From Camelus dromedarius (Eukaryota), in assembly GCF_036321535.1 (NCBI RefSeq), contig NC_087436.1:59212001-59276000 (forward strand): DNA of 64,000 nucleotides, written 5' to 3'. This document shows, piece by piece, positions 37,288 through 49,611 of this stretch. Under the pieces are notes generated by a model. That model did no database searches, was not told the DNA's origin, and saw only the letters and a program-made list of their open reading frames with translations. Within the stretch, counting starts at the first letter, position 1. Each line of letters begins with the position of its first letter. The position numbers and the translations under genes were made by a program.

Positions 37288-37991
37288 AAATTTTAGAATT
37301 TAATCAAGCCATTAGACAGATGGAGCCTAGGATCCAGCTAGGCTAACTGAAGGAGACTTCCTCTAACCCATGCCTACCAATCTTCATTATTCTTATATGT
37401 GAGTGTGAAGTAAATCTCTTCAATGTGATAAACCTCTAAGCTTTGTATGTATAAGAGGGATGTTACAGAAGTCAGCCTACACTAATACAAAAATTGAGTC
37501 TTAATCATTATGAAGGACTCCAAGTTGTAGGTGCTTCAGAAAAGGACCAATAGGTCTCTTTGAATCCTCTCCTTTCCAAAGGAATTCAGATAATCAGCCA
37601 TGACTTTAGACGAAAAGCAAAGGATAGACAGGGAGTAAAGGTTTTTGAAGGTAATGCATGTGTGAAGGAGAGAGAAAATGTGAAAAAGAGGAGGAAAACT
37701 GTGCAATTTACAAAATATAATTGGGCAATTCTACCACTCCTTCTAGCGCCTGTTTCTCATCTTTTATATGACTATTCAGTATAATCTTTAAACCTTCGAA
37801 TCCATTTTTTTTAGTGTTCAGTCCAATTAAACATTAGTTCCACTATCATGCTGGATTTTTCACTGTTGAACTTTTCAGTTTGCTTTTCTTTGAGATAGAA
37901 ATAAAAAAGGCACTGAGGGAGTGTCCTTTATGAATCAGGAAATTTATATGTGTGATTATCTTTTCTAATCCTCACAACAACCTTTTAAGGC

Positions 37992-38462
37992 ACAAAACAA
38001 AGACTGTTGCCCATCATGCATTTGTACAAGGATCAAGTCATTACTCCCTGCATTCACTGACTTACAGCCCACCCTGCAAAGAATTAAAGACAAAGAACAG
38101 GAAGAGACACTCTGTGCTTCAGGAAAACAGGCCAAAAGGCCCTTAGATAGATAGATATGTTTCAGAAATAATTTCTATGCACCCAGATTCTTGCATCTTT
38201 CCATACATAGATAAGCACTAAAATCATTAACTGAGAAATCTGTTCCTCATGACAAGCAGTAACCATCTACCAAGATATATGCTTGCCTGCATGTATTCCT
38301 TAGCCAAAATCACTTATGTACTGGCCCCTCCCCTTACCTGTTTAGAGCGGTTCCTCAGTTATGTGAGCAACTGCCTCCTGGGCTATAATCCTCAGTAAGG
38401 TACCCCAATAAAACTGAAACTCACAGCTCTCACACTGCGTGATTTTAAAATTTCAGTCAACA
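37992..38462 (+). mobile_element. ERV1 solo LTR (MER34-like)
   Basis: cccagattcttgcatctttccatac...agagcggttcctcag...ctgcctcctgggctataatcctcagtaag...aataaaactgaaactcacagctctca...tcagtcaaca. 5' boundary approximate. Confidence 0.85.
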
Positions 38463-39194
38463 AAAGTCAATGTGTTCTGAAGCATCACTTTTTCATCATT
38501 TTTTAATAATAAAGAAACATTTAAAAAGCCACCAAAAAAGGCAAAAATTTAAACTTGACCTTTTCAAAAATGACAAAATAATCTGAGAAAAAGAATACCT
38601 CATTCTCTCATCCAATTATCAATTCCTCTTATGGGTTACAGGTCCAGGAAGATATAGGCTTAGGGACAGAGAAAGAGTTAAGCACCATCAGGCAAAGTAT
38701 ATAAAAATAGTAAGAGCCTTGACTTCATAAATTAAATGCAATCTAAGAATAAGAATTCACTTTATGTTGAGTATAAAGGTCTGCCTCTTAAATATTCTTA
38801 TTTCTTTTTCGAACTCACAATGGCCGTATTTTATTTCTTTAGATTCATTAAAAATAATAGAATATATGCATTTCATTTGCAAATCTTAAAGACAGATTTA
38901 TTGATTGTGCTCTCACCTCCCCCACAGAAGCTGACCTTGATTTCTGCTGCTCAGTCAAATGTTCCTGCAACACTTGATGCTTATCCTACCCCTTGAGATT
39001 ATGCACAGAAGAGCTACACACCCTCCCTTCAAATGTGCCCCACCTGCCACTGCCAGTAGTGAGTCACTGTGGCATTTCTATCCCTCTGGCACTTCTCTCA
39101 GTCAATAGCAATGTTAAGTAACAGCAAGGTGTTTCCTCCACATTCATTGATTTAGCCATGAATCAGACTCTCATTATCTTAGGTCTGAATTACA

Positions 39195-39221
39195 GACTCT
39201 GACTCTGACTCTGACTCTGAA
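39195..39221 (+). repeat. (GACTCT)n short tandem repeat
   Basis: gactctgactctgactctgactctga. Confidence 0.9.
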
Positions 39222-39253
39222 CTCCCCTTTACTGTTCAATCTTAATAAGATTT

Positions 39254-40547
39254 TGTGGTATTGTGATTTATTATGAGAAATATAAATCTGGTCTTTGCTC
39301 CCTATTTTGGCGTACAACTCCCAATATTTTGTGATAAAGTATCTTTTGTTATGCTAATGAGGTGACTTTTGGAAAGCACCTAAATCCACCCTGGACCTCC
39401 AGGAAGAGGAAAGGGGCTGGAGGTTGAATCAGTTGCCAATGGCTAATGATTTACTCAATCATGCCTATGTAATAAATCCTCCATAAAAACCCAAAAGGAC
39501 AGGGTCTGGAGAACTTCAGGGTTGGTGAACATGTTGAGATGCTGGGAGGGCAGTGTACCTTGAGAAGTCATGGAAGCTCCACACCCTTTCCCCATGCCTT
39601 GCCCTACGCCTTTCGTCCATCTGGCTGTTTCTGAGTTATATCCTTTTATAATGAATGAATCTAGCAAGTAATCTAGCAAAACGTTTCTGTGAGTACTGTG
39701 AGCTGCTCTAGCAAATTAATTGAACCTAAAAAAGAGGTCGTGGGAAACTCTGATTTATAGTCAGTTGGTCAAAAGCACAATTTACAACCTGGGCTTCTGA
39801 CTGGCATTTGAAACCCAAGGAGGGGTCACTGGAACCCTCAATCTATAGCCTGTAGGTCACAAACAAAGGTTAAAAACCTGAGGTTGCAACTAGCATCTGA
39901 AGTGGGGGAGGGTGTTGAGGGAGGAGTCTTGTAGGGACGAACCCTTAATGTGTGGAATCTGATGCTACTTTCAGGTATGTGGGGCCAACTGATGTCCTTT
40001 CAAGTCCATATGACCCCCATTCCTGGGCTCTCAGATATCTACCTTGTGATCCCTCAACAGATAAAGTACATTCTTTACTGGGCGTGTTTGCCCAAACAAA
40101 CTAAAAGCCCTCCTTATCAGAGTCCTAAACCCCACTTCCCTTCAGGGACTCTAAACCTCTGACCTCACCTACAACCAGTAAGAGACTTATGCACAAGCCA
40201 ATCAGGCACATTGTGACCCGATCTTATAAAAGACCCCAACGACCAGCCCTCAGTGCTCACACAGGCACCTCTCGTCTGTGTGGCCCACTGTTGTCTATGA
40301 CAGCATACCCTAAAAAACTCCTTTACTGTTCTCCTTCATCTCCGGTAAATTCTTTTACCAACCCACAATACCATGTCACTGACCGACCACCATTGTGTCC
40401 CAGAAAAAGGTAGACAGTGTCAAAATTGAGCTGAATTCTCAGATACCCTGCTGGCCCAATAATTGTTTTTTGTTTTTAATTTTGTTTTTGGTACAGAGAA
40501 CTCTTGGACACACACAAACACACTTTGGAATTGGTTCCAAAACACCA
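39254..40547 (+). mobile_element. MER21-like solo LTR, interrupted
   Basis: cttttgttatgctaatgaggtgact, ggggctggaggttga, caatcatgcctatgtaat, catggaagctccacaccc, tctagcaaattaattgaacc. Possible TSD attt at 39250-39253 and 40548-40551. Confidence 0.9.
39978..40407 (+). mobile_element. Solo LTR nested in the MER21-like LTR
   Basis: Starts tgtggggcc. CCAAT at ~40198, TATAAAA at ~40226, U5-like 'ggtaaattcttttacc'. TSD aggta at 39973-39977 and 40408-40412. The host continues with gacagtgtc. Confidence 0.88.
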
Positions 40548-41428
40548 ATTTAGATTTGCAGATCAAATTTTCCACCTTGGTTTTAAGGAATCTCAATAAT
40601 GTTACCTGTTTCTATTCTTATATGTCTTCCCCCCTATTCGTCCACTTACATGCATTTTTGCTCTGATAAAATTCATATTTCATATCCTATTACACAATCC
40701 AATCCAACTAGCTTCAAATATTGATTTGCAATTATATTCCAGACATAGCACTGGAAGTGGAAACTATAAAGAAAAGCCACAATCCCGCCTTCAGTCTGGC
40801 TAGAAAGGAAGCAAGTGGTCCCAATAAAATAAATATTATGGGAGGATGAGGGAACATAATTCAGTTTGTAGGAAGTCAGATCCCCTGACAGATGACACAT
40901 GAACTTTCTCTCACCTTTACTCACAGTGTTATTTTCACTTGAAATGTTTTCCCACTTTCCCTCCACTAATTTTTACTACGTTCAAATTTTTCTTGAGTGA
41001 CCTAAACAATTTAACTTATTTTTACTTACATAACATAATCTAGCACTTATATTTTACATTAAAAAATGGAAAAATAGAAGTCACTGGCAAATAGTCTCCT
41101 TAAAGTTAAGATGTAAACAAATAAAGATAACTCCAATTGAAATTGTCACTAGTAGCAGATAGGAGAGTAGACAATTCAAACTCAAAATGCTGAAAGAAGA
41201 GGATTAGGACAAGGGGATTTTCTATGTTGACCTTGCCTAAGATTTTATCAGGTTTCAAGTAGTAGATTGTGAAATAAATGCACCTTAATTTAAGGTTGAC
41301 AGTTGAACATATATAAATACGTTCAGGTTAACTCTTTAATAAACTGCATGGTTTTCATTTCATAGTGCAAATTTAATCATTCACAACTAATGGCTTCATT
41401 TAAAAAATACAATCTTGAGATGAGACAC

Positions 41429-41915
41429 TGTGATATACTGAATAATGATCCCCAACAATACCTAGTTCTTAATCCCTGAAACCTGTGAGTGTTAACTTTT
41501 TTGTTAAAAGGGATTCTGCAGATGTGATTAAGCTAAAAATTTGAGATTAACCTAGATTATCTGGTTGTGCCCTAAATGTAATCAAGGACATTATTAGAGG
41601 AGGGCAGAGTGAAAAAGGACTATAGAGACAGATAACCACGTGACGACTGAACCAAGATGAGACACCACTGGGAAGATGGGGGAGGGGGCCACCAGTCAAG
41701 GAGTGCATGGAATGCTGTTCTAGAAACTGGAGGAGCAAGGGAACAGTCTCCTCTCAGAGTCTCCAAGAGAGCACAGTCCTGCCAATACTTTGATTTTGAT
41801 CTAGTCAAACTCATCTTAGGTGTCTGACTCCAGAATTACAAGACAGTAAGTGTGTGTTGTTCTAAGTCACCACATTTGGGGTACTTTGTTACAACAGCCA
41901 AAGGAAACCATTACA
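41429..41915 (+). mobile_element. MaLR solo LTR (MLT1D-like)
   Basis: tgtgatatactgaataatg...taatccctgaaacctgtgagtg...gcagatgtgattaag...ccctaaatgtaatca...tttgttacaacagccaaaggaaaccattaca. Confidence 0.92.
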
Positions 41916-44149
41916 GATCCTATTAAAAGCAGTTCCCTATTCATATTAACCTTGAAGTTCTGGAGCCCATATACATTAGATTAGGGAACATTGGAATAGA
42001 ATGTTGTTTCCATGAAGCTTATTCCTATTTCCATCTGTGAGAAACTGCAAATATTTCTTGTTATAATACTAGACACAAAGTAGGTGTCTTTTAATTATTA
42101 AATTTTTTCTTCTATTTGTCCATCCATGTACCCAAAAGTTAGTTTCATGACTTGCATACTGTAAAACTAAAATATATAGTATAGTGATAAAACCATATAG
42201 ATTTTCTTTCATACAATTTCTCCAACTTTTCCAAAGCTAGTATAGACTCATTTCACTATGTTGGAAAAATCAGTGTAGATTTAGCCAAGACATATAACAT
42301 CTGCCAGATATGCTTGAGTTCTTTAGAAGACAGTACTGAGCAGCTAGGTAAAGGTGAGGTAGTGAATGCAATTTGTCTAAAACACGTGGAAAACTTAGCA
42401 CACATCATTGAATTTGTACACTCCAAATGCTTAGGTTTAAAAGTCAGTAAGCCTGGCAGAAAAAGGTGGCAAGACATTAAATGGATATAAAATTTTCTTT
42501 AGGAGAAAAGACTTGCTCTGGAAAAAGTAAACACTTGTAACAGAAAAATAAAAAGAGGCCACTCAATTTCACAAGAAGCAGTCCTGGGAGACTTTCTGTG
42601 GCCTGACATACAAAGGACCTGGAGGAAAGTAGAATTCAAAATAAAATGGAACAAAAGAAATTGCCTGTAAATGAACACGATCACTTTCTCAAGTAGACGG
42701 TGTTATAAGATTGATTGGGGACTTGTTTCTGGCTCTCCTAATTTGCAGAACACTCATTTTACCAGGAAATGGCATAAAATGCCAAATGCTAGGAAGTATA
42801 GATATATTTATCTTTTGGAATACGCTGAATTGCCATGAGATATTATCATATACTATTCTAAATGCTCAAATGACCGTGTAGAAATCATAATGCATAAGTG
42901 GGCTTAAATCCTTTACTCAAACACATTTCTTTAGTTAAATAAATTCTGAATTATAAAACCTAGTGAAGTGGCAGGTAATGAAATGAGGCAACCTCAAGTA
43001 AGGGAGAATAATCCAAAGTTTGCTTAAATTCAAAGTGTAAAGAACATTTGATATGTGAAGGCTGAAGGATTCTTGGAACAATTAAATCTTTATTGTATTC
43101 AGCAATGGTTACCTGAGGTCAGTGATCTTATTTTCCATAACTAAGGACAAGGCAAGGCAGGGCTCCCATTTGCAAGAAAATGAGCTAGAAAAAAAATCTT
43201 ATTAGGAACACTCTCCAGCTTGAACTGCAACCAGAGCTCAGTAGAGCTTGTCAAGAAGAAAGTGAAGGCTCCAGTCTTTATTAGCTTCACAGGTCAAAAC
43301 ACAAAACCCGCTGTGACTAAATAATGAAGGACTTCATCCAATTGTTTTAAGAAGTTTGAATTTTAGTCTCTAGGTTTAGCTTCCATACTCCCTCTGTGCA
43401 TTTTGGAAGACAACCTGCAGTTATTCACCTTTTTTGTAACCATTAGGGTCACATCATTTCTGGAATATTTACACTTGACATATGTGCTTTCCTATGAATA
43501 GTTAACATGCATATTTTTTAGCATTTCTGGTACTCTACAGATAACGAGTAGTGTGCCCACTACAAATTATCCTTAGCAGGACAAAAGTACTTATAAGTCA
43601 GTGGTTACCTGCCTTCACCTTTGTCTCTTGTAGTCAAGTAAAATTTAGGCAGTTCAGGGAGTCTTGGAGAACACCCTTACAAGGCTGGAGTCACGAGTTC
43701 AGATTATTTTAGAGGCTCGGTATTATGGAATCTATGGCTATATGAAGACATGTTTTACCTGAAGGCAAATTCAACTCTGTTTTATTGTGCTGGCCAAAGA
43801 GAGGATACCACGGGTCAGTTTTTGATTGCCATTTTAGTACTTCTATCCTAGAAGTTACTTTGTAGGATTTGTTGAGAATACAGTAGCACAGACTTCATAA
43901 TGAGATCTAAGTACTATTTATGCATACATCACAGCACACAAAGAGTGTTGTGACACAAAGTCCTATTAAAGTGGTGAGTAAGCCTTAGAAACTCAACTAA
44001 GGAACTGGTATCAGTCCTGTCCAGAGTATTTCTATTGGATTGCATTGGGCTACTGAGGCTGATCAGAAATTTGCACTTCTTGTTGATACCAGTACTTGTT
44101 ACTAATACTTAATACTGCACTAGGACTATACTTTCATACTTTTGAGTAT

Positions 44150-45085
44150 AGTTTTCACCACTGAAGCTTTATCTTCAGTAAACTTGCTTCTATCTTCAGT
44201 AAAAAATGCTTTTTCTGTGGTATCGAATTTGCTATTAATCTTATCCAATGAACTTTTCATCTCAAACATCGTATTTTTCACTTCTAGGAGTTCAAATTGG
44301 GCCTGTTTTATATGTTCCGTATTTCTCATCATCCTCCTGCTTTCCTCCACTTTCTTGACTATTTGGAAAATATAATGGCTTTTTAAATGCCCTTCTCTTC
44401 TTATTCTATTATCTCAGTTATATTTTTGAAATTTGTTGTGATTTGCAACTAAGTTACTTGGAAACAATGTGATGATTCTTCTGACTTGCTTTTATGTTTT
44501 GTTGGGCAGGACTAGAGCAGCCTTTAGTCTAGGGCTCATTTGGCTCCGCTACCCAGGCCAAATCCTCTGCCTGTTGCCCCAGGTATTATAAACGGGCGTT
44601 TGGGAAGGTGAATTATTCTTACCTGTGGGTGAGCTCTGAGAATTGTTCCGTCTGTTCCTTTCCAGTGATTCTCTCCCTAGCTTTGAGTAGTTTCATCACA
44701 GAAACACTCTGAACTGTACTGCACTGAAGACTTAAGGGGAACTTTCTGCAGACATCTGAGCTCTCTCCTGTAGCTCTCTCCTATCAGGTGTGGCCCTTTC
44801 AATTCTAGCAACATAGCACCCCGTCTTCCCCAAATCCCCTGTCTCCTCAGTGTAGGGACTGCTTGAGTCCCTCCTCTCTGCACTTCAGCCTGCAATTGCA
44901 GGCAGTAAGCTCGGGCAATGGGGAGCCTGCTGCGTTCATTTCTCCTCACTCGGAGATTGCTAGCCTGTGCATCCTGTTGTCAAATATTTGAAAGCTGCCT
45001 TTTAAAAACATTTTACCCAGATTTTTAGTTGGTTAAGGCTACAAAGTAAATTTGATCCCTGTTGCTCCATCATGACTGAAAAGTA
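44150..45085 (-). mobile_element. Old L1 5' UTR/ORF1 N-terminal fragment
   Basis: ORF 44126-44350 peptide QFELLEVKNTMFEMKSSLDKINSKFDTTEK resembles the L1 ORF1p coiled coil. The adjacent GC-richer segment resembles an old L1 5' end. Confidence 0.8.
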
Positions 45086-45514
45086 GACCTCTTTCCTAGG
45101 GGTTTATCAACAGATGTCGGATTAAATAATTTTCTATGTGATCTGATTCTTTTTTTTTTTTTTTTTGGCCATGAATGAGTGATGCTTCAGTCCTATTTAT
45201 AGATAAAACTTTCTGTGAAATCTATGTATGAGGAGGAAATAAAGAACCTCTTTGGTAGGACGAGTTTCTCCCTCCTATGACTACGAAGTGAGATGATTCT
45301 CCCCTTAGACTACATGTATTTTTATACACATAAAAGTATTAAACATCCTTCAGCTACTGACATACTGTGTTTTAGCATATGACCTGCCCTCTACAATACC
45401 CAGTTCCAGCACAGGTACATGGAACCTGAATAAATCACATTTGCAAATTAGGACATTGCCGCTCAGTGTAAAAATAAAATAAAATAAAATAAAACCAGTT
45501 AGCTGTTGCTTTCT

Positions 45515-45640
45515 TTTTTTATTTTACTTTTTAAAAAAATTATTTTTGTTCATATTTTTTTTTGTTAATGGAGGTACTGGGAATTGAACCCAGGATCACA
45601 TGTATGCTAAGCACAAGCTCTGTCCCTGAGCTATTCCCCC
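45515..45640 (-). mobile_element. tRNA-Ala-derived SINE (Vic-1-like)
   Basis: Minus strand reads gggggaatagctcagggacagagcttgtgcttagcatac...ctgggttcaattcccagtacctcca plus A-rich tail. tgctttct appears on both sides. Confidence 0.88.
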
Positions 45641-46364
45641 AGCTCACTGCTTTCTAAATGTACTCCTACATTGTTCGAACTCTCTTTATTACAAATCTGC
45701 AAGATGAAGAAGATCTAAGAACATTAAAGTTATGTATTTTTTTTCAGTTTAACAATGACCAAGTACATCTCTTTCCAAAAGTGTAGCCTAATCCTTGTAA
45801 CAGTTCATAAAATCACATCCATGTTAAAATGGTAATCAATTTTCAATCTCTAATATGCTTATAAATACATAAATAAATATTTAATTTTCATTTTGCTGGA
45901 GATAGAGAAAGATGACCACTAAAAAAAGTGATACATTTTGTATTAAATGCCTTAGTGATGCCTCATGATTGAGACCCATTTGGATCTCATATTTGAAATT
46001 TTTCCTTCAAAATTAGGTGTCAACTTGGAATTCTCAATTGCTACTACTTTTCCCATTTTTCCTCAATATAAACTTTATCATAGACTGACACTCATTAGTG
46101 GACCAATATTTTGAAAAATATTACTGTATCTGCTCCAGGGGCAGAGAGGAGGGAGTGATTCATTCCATGCTGGGAGCAGTTTCACAGGAAGGTGACATTT
46201 AAAACATAAATAAAGATACTGAGCATGTAGAATCAACGTTAGAAAGTGTAGAAAAATTAATATACTTCAAAGCTTTGAAACTAGTAAAACCTGGAAACAA
46301 AATCCCTGCTGAGTGTATTACTCTCTCTCTCTCTTGATGTCAGGAATAAGGTATATAACTCAAA

Positions 46365-46720
46365 GCATGCTGCTTTTCAGGGCTTTTGTGTTTTTTCTTC
46401 TTTCCTGGAACACTCTTTCCCCAGATATCCACATGGCCCATTCCCTCCCATAGTACAAATCTCTACCTATATGTCACATCATTAGCAAGCTCTTCCCTAA
46501 CATAAAATAGTAAACCATCCCTACTCCCCTACCTATCTCTATTCCCCTTATTCCTTTTTATTATTTTTTATAGTTCCTACTACTGTCTGCAATCCTATAT
46601 TTTCATTTTTCTTTGTTTTATGCCTTTCCCCACTAGAATACAAGCTTCACAAGGGTGGTAACTTCAGTGGTTCTTGGCACATAGTAGATGTCCCACAAAT
46701 GTGCTGAATGAATCAATGAA
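46365..46720 (+). mobile_element. L2 3' end (L2a-like)
   Basis: cctggaacactctttccccagatatccacatggc...ccccactagaatacaagcttcac...tggcacatagtagatgtcccacaaatgtgctgaatgaat. Confidence 0.85.
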
Positions 46721-49522
46721 ACACTTAATACTGTGCCTGGCACATAATAAGCATTCATTCAAATCACTGACAACTTTCTATCACCTTCATCATCATTATA
46801 AGCTTTATTATTACTCTAAAACACAAAATACTTAAGTACCTCAATTTTCTATATGGGCATGTATGAAAATCCTATGAAAATAGAAAAGATTCTTTTGAAA
46901 TTCAAAATAAGGAACTCTAAGACCACACACTGAGTTAGAATTAATTTGGAACTACACCTGCAAGTAAAATGAATCATTGCAAATACATAATTGGTTATTC
47001 TTTATAAATGTGTTTTAATCTTAAGTTATTATTTCATTTAATTTCAGTAATTTGATATTTTATTGAATAAAATTCCCTGGTGTTACAAAATCAAAGTTGA
47101 TATATTTAGAAAGGAATAGGAGTCTAGAGAGTTTAATATTTGAAAATTATGAAAGACAAAACATGTAAGTTGCTAATACTAGAAAGAAAGTTACAACACT
47201 AGTATGGAATGAGACAGCTTAATTTGGACCAAAATTTGGAAGATGCCCCAATTTTAAATCATGCTTTTATCTCCATGTAAATTACTGACTTATAAAGCAG
47301 CATCTCACCTCTCCAAAACTTTGCTGACTTACATTACTCATATCCTATATCAAAAGTAATTTAATAAACTTACGTGAACACCTAAAATAAAGCTAATATA
47401 ATAAGCACTTGGTGAACACTTTTTATGGACTTATATTTGTTAGGCAATGGGAATAAATAATCAAGACGATCACACTCTCAGAAGGCTCAAATCTGGTGGA
47501 TACATACATGTAAACAAATAAGTGTAATTTACTATAAATGCTATATTACTATAATCTCTAGACTTAAAATTTCATGGACCAGTAGTTTTAATTAAAAGCA
47601 CAGAATTTAATAAAAAAGTAGCATTGTCAAACATGCCTCCTAACATCATCATTACATACATAGTATTATATCAATAATATTAAAGAAAACATAATCTTTA
47701 AGTAAAATATTTTGACATTTAATAGCTTGAGCTTTGAGAAAAACTCAGTTCGCTGTCCTTGTTTTTCAATAAATTTAAATTTCAGCACAGACCTACACTG
47801 TTTTCAGCAACATTGCTATAACAGAAATGTTACAGGCATGTGGATGAGGAATTGATTGTGATGGGAGCAGCTTCACACGAGGGAGGCATCTGAACCACCA
47901 ATCAAGACACGGAATAAAGGAAAAATGGCAATTTGAAGGTAAGACAATAAGTAACAGAGCCAACACTATGAAGGGTGACAGGGCAAGGAGCAAAAGACAA
48001 GGAGCACTAGTAACTTAGAGAAGGAAACTGGAGAGTCATCGATAAAGAGTAAAAGGTGAAAACACCACATTCTATGATAAGAGGTAAACAACCTCTGGCA
48101 CTTTTGTGTAGCCTTACAAATCACTGGACTTCTTAACACTCTGTAATTCTCTGTTTGTAACCTCAAGAGGTCTTCCTAGCAGGCTTAAGATGTTGGAACT
48201 CTGGAAAATGAATGGCAGATACAAAGAGGTGAGAAAGCCTGATGTCCCATTGAAAACACTGGCTGAAAGCACACATCCCATGTTAAAGACACACCAACCA
48301 TTTCAAGCCCAGCTTTCCTCAGCGTAGGGGAAGGGGCCACTTACTCCACAGAATAGTCTATGTCCGTACACAGTTTTAACTGAACTCAATCAAGAAAAAC
48401 TGAACCTGAATTCAAGAAGAAATTCTAGATACTTATAAAAAAATTTCACAATAAATACCTGCTTCAGATAAATAACTCCAAATTTTAAATAACCTAAATA
48501 ACTTACAATGAGAAAATATTTTACAGAACTATAGATGATAAATGTAAAATTACATTGTCAAATACTTTCCATAATACAAAAATAGTTATAATATTAAGTG
48601 GAAAGGATGAAGGACTATTTTATGAATTATAAATTCATGTAATATATACATTATATATATATATATTTATGCATGAGGACATACAAACATACACAGAGAC
48701 ATACACACAAGCTACACAAAAACTGTAAGGAAAATGGTGGAATCTTATAAGCTGCTATGTATTGTTGATTGGTGGCTGTGGGCTTTTACAAATGTCTTTT
48801 AAAAGTTTTCTATGTTTTCTAAAGCTTCTAATGAATATCCATACCTTTTACAATATGAAAAGAACATAATATTTCTAAAACATTCTGACAATATGTTGGT
48901 CTCTTGACATGTAAATGGTTAGTTCTCACTATCTAGAAAACATAGCAGCTCAAAACATCTAGAGAGATGATTTTTTGCCTAACTGCAATCATTATGTCCT
49001 CAGCAATGGTCTTGCTTTTGGCCATGCTTTAATGTGACTATGTCCACTAAAACCCTACCTTTATCATCTGACAAAAAGAAACTAAGGGAAGAGGAGTCAT
49101 TAAAATCATCTTTCCCTCAAAAATAAAAATAAGCAAGGAAACAAAGAAAGCATAACTTTCACACTGCTGTCACTAAGAATTAAAATAATACAAAAGCAAT
49201 GCAAAAGAAAAACACAGTCAAAATGAACTATTTGTGCTTATTAAAACTCTACATCAACATGTACTTGTTTTTTACCATTTATAATATACATTCTGCCCAC
49301 TTCAAAAAGAAGAATAATGACTCATATTTGTAAAATTATTAGTATTAAGAATGAATTATATTCTAAATCTTTTACTGAAATGCAGGATGGCAAATGTAGA
49401 GTTTTACATATCACATAAAGACAAGCGAAAAATATCACTATTTCTGAAGAGGCATGTAATCAAAGATGATAAAGTGTTATTATGATACCACTATGCTTTG
49501 TCTTCCTCCAACCTCAGCAATC

Positions 49523-49611
49523 TTTTCTTTTTTTAATGGAAGTACTGGGGATTGAACCCAGACTTTGTGCATGCCGCGCATGCGTTCTACCACTGAGCTA
49601 TACCCTCCCCC
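49523..49611 (-). mobile_element. tRNA-Ala-derived SINE (Vic-1-like, short form)
   Basis: Minus strand reads gggggagggtatagctcagtggtagaacgcatgcgcggcatgcacaaagtctgggttcaatccccagtacttcca plus A tail. A- and B-box are recognisable. Confidence 0.9.

Larger units (their letters stand above)
35990..37488 (+). mobile_element. Old ERVL/MaLR-class solo LTR (LTR16/MLT1-like), outer element of a nest
   Basis: tattttctagcctttgttgca...gactaagtcttggccaacagaatatgggcagaa in the 5' part. 3' part at 37288-37488 ends tgttacagaagtcagcctacactaataca. Confidence 0.7.

Noticed and set aside
47836..47938. + strand coding exon (ttacag| ... gaag|gtaaga)
   Set aside because: Stops occur in all three frames. At most a non-coding or cryptic exon, with no other support.
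49523..49611. Functional tRNA-Ala gene (also at 9837, 45515 and 62758)
   Set aside because: The copies have A-rich tails and TSDs or flanking repeats (clear in two, partial in one), a 5' GGGGA extension in the best-preserved copies, and disrupted stems or anticodon loops. These are SINE copies.
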